Assembly: GCA_965261055.1 (NCBI GenBank) | Contig: OZ253440.1 | Location: 894,301-958,300, forward strand | Source of the DNA: Fibrobacteria bacterium | Lineage (GTDB): Bacteria; Fibrobacterota; Fibrobacteria; UBA11236; JADFYW01 | Reading direction: 5' to 3' | DNA length: 64,000 nucleotides | Shown: positions 49,362 to 59,604 of the stretch, piece by piece | How positions within the stretch are numbered: the stretch's first letter is position 1 | How the letters are laid out: each line of letters opens with the position of its first letter | Position numbers and translations under genes: made by a program | Notes under the pieces: generated by a model | Told to the model about the DNA's origin: nothing | The model's database searches: none | What the model saw: the letters and a program-made list of their open reading frames with translations, nothing else

Positions 49362-50840
49362 ATGAAATACATTTTGCTTATTTTAATTCTCTTCTCTCAC
49401 TCTTTTTCACAGTACTACGATGAAGATAATTCAAAACGAATCATTAGCTTAAAAGAAAAACTCAAAGACCTAAAAAATTTAAGAGATAGAGTCATCACTA
49501 AAAGATGGAAGGATCGTAGGCAATATTACAATGATTATGAAAAATTTAAACAACAATACCAAGAACAAAAAAATACCTTAGAGAATTTACATTCAAAACA
49601 ACAACAACAACGAGAAGCTCTAAACACATCTATTCAAAAACTTGAGAAAACAAAAAGCGAATATTTTTTTTCTTTGCAAAAATATCAAAACTTAACAATA
49701 CAGCAAAAAAATACTTTAAAAAATTATTTAAACCTGCTAAATAAACGCTTTCCTATAAATATTACACAAAGGCTTACGCAATCTAAGAGAGTTTTAAAAA
49801 AAATGGATAGATCTCAATCTAACCCCAATGTAACTCTAACAGCAATACAAAAATTTCTACAGGACGAATACAATCTTACTCAAACCATTAGTTTATCTTT
49901 TAATCAAAACCTCACTTTATCCGACTACACCAAAGGAAAAGGATTAATTTTTCATGTGGGGACAATAGGGAGTTTTTATTTAGATGCCAAAACAAATAGA
50001 ACTGGAGTTTTACTTAGGAATAGCAATTTAGAAGGGAATCTATTTCAATGGAAAGAGTCTATAAGCCCTAGTATCAAGAATTCTTTAGCTCTAAATTTAT
50101 CTGATCTCAAGGAAAACACAAAAACACTTAAAACAATTCTCATTCCTATTGATATTTTGCGTAATCAAATTTCTAGTAACATTTACACTGAAAAAAATAC
50201 GAAAGGTTTCTTTGGGAGAATTTTAAACTATTTTCAACAAGGTGGAATTTGGATGCTTCCATTACTTATTGTTGCTTTATGTGCCTTATTTTTTATTTCT
50301 GAACGCTTTTATTATTGGTGGAAATACTGCCACTTCTCAAAAAGAGATAAATTAATTCTAGAAAAAATTCTAAACCTAACTGAAAACAAACAAAATTCAG
50401 AAGCACTTAAAATCTGCCAAACACATCAAAAAATGGTAACAATAAAGCCTTTACAAGTGCTACTTGAAAACGAAAATCTAAAAAATTCCGAAGAAATTGA
50501 ACAAGAAGTTCAAGGCATTCTTTTAAAAGAAGTTTATCTTTTAGATAAATACTTAACAACAATTCTTGTTCTCAGTTCCACTGCACCTTTAATTGGTTTA
50601 CTTGGAACTGTTGCTGGAATGATTAGTCTATTTGAAATCATTACACTTTATGGAACAAGCGACCCTAAGTTAATGGCTGGCGGTATCTCTCTAGCACTAA
50701 TTACAACTCAAACTGGGTTAGCGATCGCTGTTCCTATTATACTTTTTCATAATTATTTAAGTAACCGATTTGAAAAGGTCAAACAAAATTTGCAACATTA
50801 TACTTCAAAACTACTCCAAACGCTATATCCTCATGAATGA
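49362..50840 (+). CDS. TtpC-like protein: periplasmic coiled coil plus C-terminal ExbB/TolQ channel domain
   Basis: Signal peptide, coiled coil, QQGGIWMLPL, APLIGLLGTVAGMI, MAGGISLALITT. Confidence 0.82.
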   Translation: MKYILLILILFSHSFSQYYDEDNSKRIISLKEKLKDLKNLRDRVITKRWKDRRQYYNDYEKFKQQYQEQKNTLENLHSKQQQQREALNTSIQKLEKTKSEYFFSLQKYQNLTIQQKNTLKNYLNLLNKRFPINITQRLTQSKRVLKKMDRSQSNPNVTLTAIQKFLQDEYNLTQTISLSFNQNLTLSDYTKGKGLIFHVGTIGSFYLDAKTNRTGVLLRNSNLEGNLFQWKESISPSIKNSLALNLSDLKENTKTLKTILIPIDILRNQISSNIYTEKNTKGFFGRILNYFQQGGIWMLPLLIVALCALFFISERFYYWWKYCHFSKRDKLILEKILNLTENKQNSEALKICQTHQKMVTIKPLQVLLENENLKNSEEIEQEVQGILLKEVYLLDKYLTTILVLSSTAPLIGLLGTVAGMISLFEIITLYGTSDPKLMAGGISLALITTQTGLAIAVPIILFHNYLSNRFEKVKQNLQHYTSKLLQTLYPHE

Positions 50841-51447
50841 TCTTTTATATGAAATTGGCTCAATTTTTAGAAAAGGTGGATGGGTACTCATTCCTCTTTT
50901 TATCTTATCTCAATCTGCTTGGATTTTATGTTTTAAACAATGGTGGGTTCTTAAAAAACACAAGTTTTCTACTCTAAAATTTTTAACCTTAGCCCCTAAA
51001 AATAACCAAGAATTATTACACGAATTAAACCAAAATCAATGGCTTGGAGCTCTATCAAAAATCTGTCAATCTGCCCTTCAAGGCTTAAAAAACAATAATT
51101 TAGAAGAATCTATTAAAATTAAAACCAAAGAAATTCAATTCTCTATTAACAAGTCTATTAAAACAATCGCTATTATCAGCAAATCCCTCCCTTTGCTAGG
51201 ACTATTTGGAACTGTCCAAGGTATTAAAATCACTTTTGACATTATTCAAGAATATGGAAACGGAAACTCATCTATCATATCTTCTGGTATATCTACAGCA
51301 TTAATTACAACTCAATCTAGTTTGATCTTAGCAATTCCTCTTATTCTTTTCCATAACTATCTAATCAATCAAATTCGTAATATTGAATCTGATTGCATAG
51401 AAAGTGCAAACAAAATTTTAGTTTTAAATAATCAATTAAAGTCATGA
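50833..51447 (+). CDS. exbB: ExbB/TolQ family protein
   Basis: GGWVLIPL, LPLLGLFGTVQGI, GISTALITTQ; ATG at 50833. Confidence 0.82.
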   Translation: MNDLLYEIGSIFRKGGWVLIPLFILSQSAWILCFKQWWVLKKHKFSTLKFLTLAPKNNQELLHELNQNQWLGALSKICQSALQGLKNNNLEESIKIKTKEIQFSINKSIKTIAIISKSLPLLGLFGTVQGIKITFDIIQEYGNGNSSIISSGISTALITTQSSLILAIPLILFHNYLINQIRNIESDCIESANKILVLNNQLKS

Positions 51448-51845
51448 TACTTATTCCTGAAAAACAAAAACAAAATACAGAGATCAACATTACACCAATG
51501 TTAGATATGGTTTTTATTTTGTTAATATTTTTTATTATAACTGCGTCTTTTACGCAAGAAACAGGATTAGACATCAGTAAACCTAAAGCCTCTACTGCTC
51601 AAAAAACAACTAAAGAGAACTTGATAATTGCGGTTAATGAATCAGGTAAAATTTTAGTGAAAGAAACTCAGGTTAGTTTAAATACACTTCAAAATATTTT
51701 AAGACAATATGCACAAAAAAGTAACTCATCAACGGTCGTCATTATTGCAGACCAACAGACACCTATATCTGTAATAGTAGATATTTTAGATCGATGTAAT
51801 TTGGCTGGAATAAAAAAAACATCTATCTCTGCTGAAAAAAAGTAA
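51444..51845 (+). CDS. exbD: ExbD family protein
   Basis: EINITPMLDMVFILLIFFIITASF, IIAD. Confidence 0.9.
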   Translation: MILIPEKQKQNTEINITPMLDMVFILLIFFIITASFTQETGLDISKPKASTAQKTTKENLIIAVNESGKILVKETQVSLNTLQNILRQYAQKSNSSTVVIIADQQTPISVIVDILDRCNLAGIKKTSISAEKK

Positions 51846-51847
51846 GT

Positions 51848-52489
51848 ATGTTTTCCAATTTTATTTCTCAAAAAATGAAAAAAATTTATTTTATTATTTT
51901 TTTATCCCTCCTAACAAATTTTATTATTTTCTTCTCCTTACCACTACTTTATTTTTTCTTAAATTCTCCATACAAAAAAGAAACCAAAAGGAAGCCTCAA
52001 GAAATTAATCTGTTTCAAACAAAACCCATTAAAACACCTAAAAATAAAATTATCAAAATCCCTCCTTCACTTCAAAAGCTACCTAAAACTTCTCCCGTCT
52101 CAGCTATACAAAGACCTTTCAAACTGAATTTGAATGTAAATCAAAACAACCAAGGTGTTTCTGCTATAAGCAGTAAAAGATCTAATATTGCAACTTATGA
52201 AATAGGTCAAACAGATACTGACCCTCAAATTATTGGAAATTACCCCCCTCCAAAAACTCCAGCTAGAGCTAAAAGAGAACTCGTTAATGGTCAAGTCGTT
52301 GCTCAATGGATTGTAAACGAATTTGGTCGTACTGTAGAAGTAGAACTTCTTCAGGAAGAACCTATAGGTTACGGCTTTGGTAAAAAAGTAATTCAATATG
52401 TACAAAAGCTAAAGTTTAAACCCGCTACAATACAAAAAACTCCTGTCCGCAGTTTAGTAAAGCAAAAATTTAATTTTCAAATACGCTAA
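51848..52489 (+). CDS. tonB: TonB family energy transducer
   Basis: N-terminal TM, Pro/Lys linker, PARAKRELVNGQV...VNEFG...KFKPA. Confidence 0.82.
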   Translation: MFSNFISQKMKKIYFIIFLSLLTNFIIFFSLPLLYFFLNSPYKKETKRKPQEINLFQTKPIKTPKNKIIKIPPSLQKLPKTSPVSAIQRPFKLNLNVNQNNQGVSAISSKRSNIATYEIGQTDTDPQIIGNYPPPKTPARAKRELVNGQVVAQWIVNEFGRTVEVELLQEEPIGYGFGKKVIQYVQKLKFKPATIQKTPVRSLVKQKFNFQIR

Positions 52490-53403
52490 TGCCTTTCCTA
52501 TTTCTTGTCTTATTTCTTATTTTAAATGTTTGTTATAGCCAAGATACGAGAGTAATAGATTATTTATTAGAAGGAAATTTTTTTTACTCACAAAAAAAAT
52601 TCTCTAAAGCAATTGTTCAGTATAAATTAGCGATTGAAAAACAACAAAATACTGCTTTTGCTTGGCACAATTTAGGTCTTTGCTATACTCAACTAAACCA
52701 AATCCCTAAAGCAATTCAATCCGAAAAGAGAAGTGTAGAAATATCACCTCTATTTATTGAGGCTTGGCGAGGTTTGGCCGATTTATACTACCTTATTTCA
52801 GCAACACAGGAAGCAATTAGTAGTTACAAAAGAGTTTTAGAATTAGACTCTAATTACATTCACGCATGGAACACTCTAGGAGAATCTTACTTAAAACTGA
52901 ATAGTCCTATTGACGCCCTTTTCCATTTTGAACAATCTTTAAAAATCAACTCCGATCAGATAGATATCTACTATGCCTTAGCTGAAACACATTCTAAAAT
53001 AGGAGATTTTAAACAAGCCCAAAGAATGGTGCAAGAAGCCTTGATTCTATCTCCATCTGCAAATGCTACTGTTTATTTTTACTTAGGCTATTTATACGAA
53101 CAATCTAATTTAGATAGTAAAGCTATATCAACTTATGAAGAAGGTTTAAGTTTAGATCCAAAAAACTTAAATATTTATCAACGCATTGCTTTTTTACATA
53201 AAAAAAATAATCAATTTTATTTATCCCTGATTTCCCTTAACTATGGTTTACAATTTTTCCCAAAAGAAGGTATTCTTTTTTACGAAAAAGGATTAATTTA
53301 TTTAAAATTAAATCAAATTCAAAAAGCCTTAGAATCTTTCAAAAAAGCTGAAGAACTTGAAATTCAGCAAGCAACCCAAATACTCAAAATGCTAAATCAA
53401 TAA
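52489..53403 (+). CDS. Exported TPR protein (TtpD position)
   Basis: Signal peptide followed by about 8 TPRs (AWHNLGLCY, AWNTLGESY, YFYLGYLY). Confidence 0.88.
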   Translation: MPFLFLVLFLILNVCYSQDTRVIDYLLEGNFFYSQKKFSKAIVQYKLAIEKQQNTAFAWHNLGLCYTQLNQIPKAIQSEKRSVEISPLFIEAWRGLADLYYLISATQEAISSYKRVLELDSNYIHAWNTLGESYLKLNSPIDALFHFEQSLKINSDQIDIYYALAETHSKIGDFKQAQRMVQEALILSPSANATVYFYLGYLYEQSNLDSKAISTYEEGLSLDPKNLNIYQRIAFLHKKNNQFYLSLISLNYGLQFFPKEGILFYEKGLIYLKLNQIQKALESFKKAEELEIQQATQILKMLNQ

Positions 53404-53483
53404 CTTGTTGTAATTAGTATACACAAAATCTATCTTCTCGTAAAAATGTATGTTTATATATATGTTTATTTGAAAAGGTTACT

Positions 53484-54092
53484 ATGATTGATTTTTTGCA
53501 TCAAGGCGGCACCGTTGTTTGGGTTATTTTTGCTATGGGATTAATTGCCATCGCTATTATTTTAGAAAGACTACATTTGTATTATAATACAGCAAAATAT
53601 AACTCTCAAGATATAATACAACACATTGATAAAGTTATAGATAATGCTTCTAAAAAAGATTTAAATACTTTAAAAAAGGGACAAGACCCTTTGCGCCAAC
53701 TTGTTACGAGTGCATTAACTCTTCACCTAAAAAACAAACCGGTTGATTACATTGAGCAAATATTAAATCAGCAATCTATTCAGCAAATTCCTAGACTACA
53801 GAAAAGACTTAATTATTTAACCCTTATTGCAAATATTGCAACACTAACAGGCCTTCTTGGAACAATTCTAGGGTTGCAAACCTCTTTTGCTTCACTTGAA
53901 ATTAGTGATGCGACACAAAAAGCCTCATTACTCGCTCAGGGAATTTCTCAAGCAATGAACACAACGGCAATGGGTTTAATTATTGCAATTCCTTGTCTTA
54001 TTGCGTTTACTCAGCTCCGTAATATTTGTGAAAAAAAAATAGAAGAACTTGACGCTATTATTGCATATCTAATAACAAGAATGGAAAAATAA
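53484..54092 (+). CDS. ExbB/TolQ/AglR-like channel protein
   Basis: ANIATLTGLLGTILGL, LAQGISQAMNTTAMGL. Confidence 0.85.
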   Translation: MIDFLHQGGTVVWVIFAMGLIAIAIILERLHLYYNTAKYNSQDIIQHIDKVIDNASKKDLNTLKKGQDPLRQLVTSALTLHLKNKPVDYIEQILNQQSIQQIPRLQKRLNYLTLIANIATLTGLLGTILGLQTSFASLEISDATQKASLLAQGISQAMNTTAMGLIIAIPCLIAFTQLRNICEKKIEELDAIIAYLITRMEK

Positions 54093-54121
54093 AATACTTC
54101 TCACACGCGAATAATAGTTTC

Positions 54122-54559
54122 ATGAGGTTCCGTCGCTTAAGCCAAAATTTTGAAAACAACGAATTGGACATCACTCCAATCATGAACCTTCTGGTTATAC
54201 TCATTCCTTTTCTAATTAGCACCGCAGTCTTTACTCAATATTCATTAGTAAAAATGAACCTAAAAAATTCAGATGATCAAGTCCAAGAAACATCTTCATC
54301 TCCCGTTGAAGTGCATTTGAATTATAATAAGAAACACCAAGTAGCGTTCAAAAATAAAATTCTGTACAACTTTAATTCTCAAACTATTCTATCATCTCTT
54401 ATAGATTGGCTAAAAACAAACTCCTCTATATTTCAAAATACTCAAGATGGAACTATTTTCGTGAGTGACTCTGTTGTTCTAAATGACATTATTCAAACTG
54501 TAACAGGTCTCAAAACTATCGGTATAAAAAATATTTCTTTTACCGAGAGTGATTCGTGA
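54122..54559 (+). CDS. ExbD/TolR-like protein with Asn in place of the conserved TM Asp
   Basis: ELDITPIMNLLVILIPFLISTAVF. Confidence 0.8.
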   Translation: MRFRRLSQNFENNELDITPIMNLLVILIPFLISTAVFTQYSLVKMNLKNSDDQVQETSSSPVEVHLNYNKKHQVAFKNKILYNFNSQTILSSLIDWLKTNSSIFQNTQDGTIFVSDSVVLNDIIQTVTGLKTIGIKNISFTESDS

Positions 54560-55044
54560 GTTTTAATCCAAAACAAAAACTATCTCAAACTAGATCTAGG
54601 TATAAATCTTTTACTTCCAATCAAAAATTTAATCTTGAAGAAGAATCTAAAGTACAACTTACCTCTTTACTTGATGTACTAACAATTTTACTCATTTTTT
54701 TAATGAAAAGCTTTTCTTTAAACCCACAAATAACAAACTTAGAACCGAACATCCAAGTTCCCATTGCACAACCTAAAGCACAAATTAAGAATGAACTCAT
54801 TTTATCTATTTCAAAAACACAGGTTATCTTTAATGGCAACACCATTTTTACACTTCCTATTCATTCTAACAATGAGGAAGAAATTCTACAAAAATTAGAC
54901 CTCGCTTTAGCAAAAAGTTTTTCTAGAAGTAAATCACTTATTATCCAAGCTGACCAAAGTCTTCCCTTTGGTCAAATAAAAAAAATACTTTCAGCTTGCC
55001 AAAACAGTAGTTTTAAAAATATATCTATACTTGTTCTACAATAA
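54556..55044 (+). CDS. ExbD/TolR (AglS-like) protein
   Basis: LTSLLDVLTILLIFLMKSFS, IIQADQSLPF; GTG start overlapping the previous stop. Confidence 0.82.
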   Translation: MSFNPKQKLSQTRSRYKSFTSNQKFNLEEESKVQLTSLLDVLTILLIFLMKSFSLNPQITNLEPNIQVPIAQPKAQIKNELILSISKTQVIFNGNTIFTLPIHSNNEEEILQKLDLALAKSFSRSKSLIIQADQSLPFGQIKKILSACQNSSFKNISILVLQ

Positions 55045-55046
55045 TA

Positions 55047-55697
55047 ATGATAGCTTTTATAAACTCAAAAATAGACTCAAAACAAGACAAGTTATTTTAC
55101 GGAATTGTATTTACATTCTCCCTCCTTTTTTTATGTCTCAGAATTTTCATTTGGCTTTACTCACCTTCTGAAACTACGGGCTTTATTGGGATTTTAGATA
55201 ATAATGCTATTGATTTTCATTTACAGAAGAAAAAAAACACGAAAAAAGTTCCAACAATACAACCCAAAATAGAACAAAAGAGAAAAAAACCATTAAGAAT
55301 TAGAAAAGTCTATAATTCAAAAGCTCAAAAATTAGATATAGACAAAGAAAATATAAAACCATATCAAGACACCATCTCTCTTGATAATAATCTAAAAGGT
55401 GATTTAAGCTCTGTTATCTATATTACCAAGAAACCAATACGTGAAAATGTTGTTGTTCCTGAATACACTTTAGAAATGAGAGAGAATAACATTGAGGGAA
55501 TTATTTATGCAAATATCTTAATTGATGTGGATGGTAAAGTAAAAAAAATTATATTTTTGAATGATTTAGGTCATGGAAGTCGATCTATTAGCAAAGAAGC
55601 CATTTTAAAAACAAAATTTTCACCTGCTTATGTTAAAGAGAAACTCGTTGCATTATGGATTCCATACTCCTTTTCTTATGAGCTTGAAAAGGAATAA
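55047..55697 (+). CDS. TonB family protein
   Basis: N-terminal TM, Lys-rich linker, PEYT.EMRENNIEG...IDVDGKV...KFSPA. Confidence 0.8.
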   Translation: MIAFINSKIDSKQDKLFYGIVFTFSLLFLCLRIFIWLYSPSETTGFIGILDNNAIDFHLQKKKNTKKVPTIQPKIEQKRKKPLRIRKVYNSKAQKLDIDKENIKPYQDTISLDNNLKGDLSSVIYITKKPIRENVVVPEYTLEMRENNIEGIIYANILIDVDGKVKKIIFLNDLGHGSRSISKEAILKTKFSPAYVKEKLVALWIPYSFSYELEKE

Positions 55698-58371
55698 ACT
55701 CTATTTCTTTATTTTTACAATTTTTTGTTTATCTGTTTATGGACAAACTAAACAAGAAAACCTTAAACAGAATACAGAACCTAAAATTATTCCACCTGTT
55801 CTCATAAAATTTATACAAGCGACATACTCTAAAAAAGACTTAAAAAATCATATTGAAGGCTCTATTACCTTTGAACTATTAGTTAATGAAAAAGGGTTGG
55901 TTGATTCTATACAAATTGTGAAAGGATTAAAACCAAGCTTAGATTCAGCTACTAAAAGAGCTGTATCTCAATTTAAATTCAATCCAGCTACAATAGGCCT
56001 TGATTCTATTCCTGTCATTATTGAATATAGATATGATATTAAAATGACTGATGTAGAAATTCCAGAATACATCAACTTTAAAGGACAAGTTAGAGCTAAA
56101 GGCACTCGTAGTCCTCTCATAAATGCAATTTTAACTGTTTCATTTTCAGATACATCTTTAAATTATACACCTATTCCTTTTTCGAAATACCTTAAAAAAA
56201 TAGGCTCTTTTAAAGATCAAAAAGTAGAAAACTCTACTGTTATAACTAAAACCGATAGTCTTGGTAATTTCCAATTCAAATCTCTTCCTTCTGGAAGCTT
56301 TAAGGTTTCAATCTTAGCTTCTGGATATAAACTAGAGTCCTTCAAAGAAATTTTGAAAGAAAAACAACAAGTAGAGAATCTATACCGTCTGAATAAAGAA
56401 GTTTATGATGACTATGAAGTTATTGTTTATGGTAAGTCAAAACGAAAACAAGTTTCTAAAAGCGAACTAAGTGTAGGTGAAATCAAACGTCTTCCTGGAT
56501 TTGGTGGTGACGCCATTCGCGTTGTAGAAGCTCTACCGAGTACCTCTAGAAGTGGCTTTTTATCTGGTAATATTATTGTCAGAGGAGGTTCTTCTCAAGA
56601 CACGCGTTTTCTTTTAAATAATCTTGATATTCCTCAAGTTTTTCACTTTGGAGGATTGCGTTCTGTCATTCATTCTAGCCTTATTCAATCTTTTACTCTT
56701 TATCCTGGTGGTTTTAATGCTCGCTATGGTGGTGCAATTAGTGGTATTCTTTATTTAAAAACACGCCCAGCAAAAACGGATCGCTGGCATGGAGAATTAA
56801 ATATTAGCTGGATTGATGCTAATATCTTACTAGAGGGACCCATCAACAAAAAACATTCCTTTATTGTTTCTGGTCGTTATAGCTACTTAGGACTCATTGT
56901 TCAAAAAGCTATTAAATCACTAGCCGACGGGACAACGATCTTCCCTGCATATGCTGATGCATTAATCCGATGGGATTATAAAATCTCTAAAAAAAATCAT
57001 TTTTATTTAAGTTATAATGGATCTTTAGATACTTTAAGCTTAGTATTAGGGGCTTCAACCGATACAACTAATCGTAATCAAGTGAATAGTTTTGTTAATT
57101 TTAACAGCATTTACTCTGGCCTTAAAACAAAAATCAACCCTAAAATAGAAAATGATCTTAATTTCAGTTTCAGCTCTAGAAACAACTCCACCAATGCTTT
57201 TGATCTTTTTGACTTTAACTTAAACATTAAAAGTTTCTCTTTGAAAAATGAATTGTCATGGACTTTTAACCCTAAAATCAATACCTATGCAGGACTTGAT
57301 TTAAATATTGCTCAAGTTAAGAACGATATCACAATTGATTTCGACCAAGCTTCTTTTCAAGGTAGAGATATCCAAACCACTTATTATTCAAATATAGCTG
57401 GATATCTTATTTATGAATACCAACCAACAAAAGAATGGTTGATTACCCCTAGCGTCAGATATGACTATTATAACGAAATTCAAGATGCAGAAGTCAGTAT
57501 AAGATTAACAAGTCGTTACCAATACACAAAATCGACAACCATTAAAGCTGCTATAGGGACTTATAATCAATCCCCAAAACCTCTTGGTCAATCTATTAGT
57601 CCTACTTTTGGAAATCCTGATTTATCTCCAACCCTAGCCCAACACTACATTTTGGGACATGAATGGCAGATCTCTAATCTCATTTTTTTAGATGTCCAAA
57701 CATATTTCAACTATCAAACTCAAATCCCTGTAAATACGGATAGCCTCAGAAGTAATGGACAAAGATTTAATTTTTTACCAGATATGGAAGGAAGAGCCTA
57801 CGGTTTCGAAATTTTACTTAAACACGATCGTGGACAGTCTTTTTTCGGTTGGATATCTTACTCTCTTTCAAGAAGTGAAAGGAAAGCTCCCAGAGCAACG
57901 AACCAAGGTTTTCTTACAAACCAAAAACAAGGTTTAGGAAATCAAAACTTTGATCCTAAAAAATGGGTTTTGTTTCAAAGCGACCAACCTCACAACTTTC
58001 AAATTATTGGAAATTGGAGACTACCTAGAAATTGGGAGGTCGGTTTCCGTTTTCGGTATTTTTCAGGTAATCCAACAACACCTCTCATCAATAGTACCGA
58101 ACAGCTTTTTGATTCAGATGCATTTGCTTACCTTGAAAACCAAGATGATGCATTTTCAAATCGTATTGATCCTTTTGTCCAGCTTGACTTAAGAGCAGAT
58201 AAAAAATTTATTTTTAACAATTTAATATGGTCTATTTATTTAGATATTCAAAATGCATCTTTCTTTTGGTACGAAAGCCCTGAAACAGTCGATTACAATT
58301 ACGATTTTACAGAACAAATAAATACAACTATTCCTATCATCCCAACACTTGGTATATCTCTTAAATTTTAA
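55678..58371 (+). CDS. TonB-dependent receptor with an N-terminal TonB C-terminal domain and a carboxypeptidase-regulatory-like domain
   Basis: Signal peptide from ATG 55678; TonB_C (IEGSITFELLVNEKGLV...FKFNPA); plug LPGFGGDAIRVVEALP..IVRGG; barrel ending LGISLKF. Confidence 0.88.
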   Translation: MSLKRNKLYFFIFTIFCLSVYGQTKQENLKQNTEPKIIPPVLIKFIQATYSKKDLKNHIEGSITFELLVNEKGLVDSIQIVKGLKPSLDSATKRAVSQFKFNPATIGLDSIPVIIEYRYDIKMTDVEIPEYINFKGQVRAKGTRSPLINAILTVSFSDTSLNYTPIPFSKYLKKIGSFKDQKVENSTVITKTDSLGNFQFKSLPSGSFKVSILASGYKLESFKEILKEKQQVENLYRLNKEVYDDYEVIVYGKSKRKQVSKSELSVGEIKRLPGFGGDAIRVVEALPSTSRSGFLSGNIIVRGGSSQDTRFLLNNLDIPQVFHFGGLRSVIHSSLIQSFTLYPGGFNARYGGAISGILYLKTRPAKTDRWHGELNISWIDANILLEGPINKKHSFIVSGRYSYLGLIVQKAIKSLADGTTIFPAYADALIRWDYKISKKNHFYLSYNGSLDTLSLVLGASTDTTNRNQVNSFVNFNSIYSGLKTKINPKIENDLNFSFSSRNNSTNAFDLFDFNLNIKSFSLKNELSWTFNPKINTYAGLDLNIAQVKNDITIDFDQASFQGRDIQTTYYSNIAGYLIYEYQPTKEWLITPSVRYDYYNEIQDAEVSIRLTSRYQYTKSTTIKAAIGTYNQSPKPLGQSISPTFGNPDLSPTLAQHYILGHEWQISNLIFLDVQTYFNYQTQIPVNTDSLRSNGQRFNFLPDMEGRAYGFEILLKHDRGQSFFGWISYSLSRSERKAPRATNQGFLTNQKQGLGNQNFDPKKWVLFQSDQPHNFQIIGNWRLPRNWEVGFRFRYFSGNPTTPLINSTEQLFDSDAFAYLENQDDAFSNRIDPFVQLDLRADKKFIFNNLIWSIYLDIQNASFFWYESPETVDYNYDFTEQINTTIPIIPTLGISLKF

Positions 58372-58387
58372 TGCAGGTCTTTTTATT

Positions 58388-59584
58388 ATGAAATATATAT
58401 TTTTGTCTTATTATTTAATTTGTTATTCTTTCTTCTCACTTACAAGTTGTGGTACATTTAGCTCTACTTTTGAAAATGTTATCGACAACGGGGTTTTTAG
58501 ACCTCTAGGAATTTCTGTTGAACAAAGTGACATTTCACCTGGAAAAACCATCAAAGCACAACTTCACCTTTTCAATTCTAACCGTTCTTATGAGATTCAG
58601 TGGCAACTGCAAGTTTTTATACCAGGAATCAATAACAATGCTCCTATTTTTGATTATCCTCTTGATCTTTTAACAATCAACAGAGATAACAACTTAAACA
58701 CAATTGAATTTTTAATTCCAGATTTTGGAAATTTTCATCCTTTCCTTAGAGTTAATAACGCTTTAAAATTTTTTGAAATTGAGCAACAGTTTTTTAATTT
58801 AAAGCAAGCTTCCACCAGTGAAATAGAAGCATTAAAACAAATTGGTATCGTAAACGATTCTAATTTTAATAGAACTATAACTATTTTAGATTCTATTCCA
58901 GTACTTCCTTCTGAAATTTCTAACTGGATTAATCAAAATTTAATTCAATTTCAATTAACAGCAATTGTTTCTGAAGTTGACTTCAATTTAGAAATAACAA
59001 AAAACATCGTTATTCGCTACTCCGAAAAAATAGACAAAACTTCAAAAACCAATAATACAAATGAAAGTGCTGAAATCTCTACTATTTCTCTTATTGTTGT
59101 TTCCAAACCTGATATCAAAGACCCTAATGATTTAAAAAATTTAAATGACTCTTTAATAGATACTATTTTCTTTTCTAGAAATAAATTTAACAGTAATAAT
59201 AATATTGAAACCCAAATTGATACCATTTCCGTTGATCCTGAACAAAAATCTTATTTCTTACTAGCAAACTCACCTTCACCTCAAGATTATATAGATACAA
59301 CAGGTGCTATTAAACAAGAAGTGTTTCATTATTTTTGGTTTGTTACACATGTAAATCCCCCTGGAGTCGATTGGGACAATTATATAAGATTTGAAGCACC
59401 CAATTTTGATGTTCCAAACTCAAAAGGTTTCAAAGAAATTGTTTCTGTCCAAATCCCTTCTAAAAACACCAATATTCGTGAGTTCAAATTTCACCTCTAT
59501 TTGCAAGATAGCCGTAACAATACATACAATGAAGTCCCTGGAGCCAGTTTTTTAGATGTAGCAGGTTATTTAAAATACCCTTAA
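58388..59584 (+). CDS. Lipoprotein associated with the TonB-dependent receptor
   Basis: Lipobox LTSC after MKYIF...; immediately follows the receptor gene. Confidence 0.7.
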   Translation: MKYIFLSYYLICYSFFSLTSCGTFSSTFENVIDNGVFRPLGISVEQSDISPGKTIKAQLHLFNSNRSYEIQWQLQVFIPGINNNAPIFDYPLDLLTINRDNNLNTIEFLIPDFGNFHPFLRVNNALKFFEIEQQFFNLKQASTSEIEALKQIGIVNDSNFNRTITILDSIPVLPSEISNWINQNLIQFQLTAIVSEVDFNLEITKNIVIRYSEKIDKTSKTNNTNESAEISTISLIVVSKPDIKDPNDLKNLNDSLIDTIFFSRNKFNSNNNIETQIDTISVDPEQKSYFLLANSPSPQDYIDTTGAIKQEVFHYFWFVTHVNPPGVDWDNYIRFEAPNFDVPNSKGFKEIVSVQIPSKNTNIREFKFHLYLQDSRNNTYNEVPGASFLDVAGYLKYP

Positions 59585-59604
59585 ACTGACTTAAACATAA
59601 AAAT

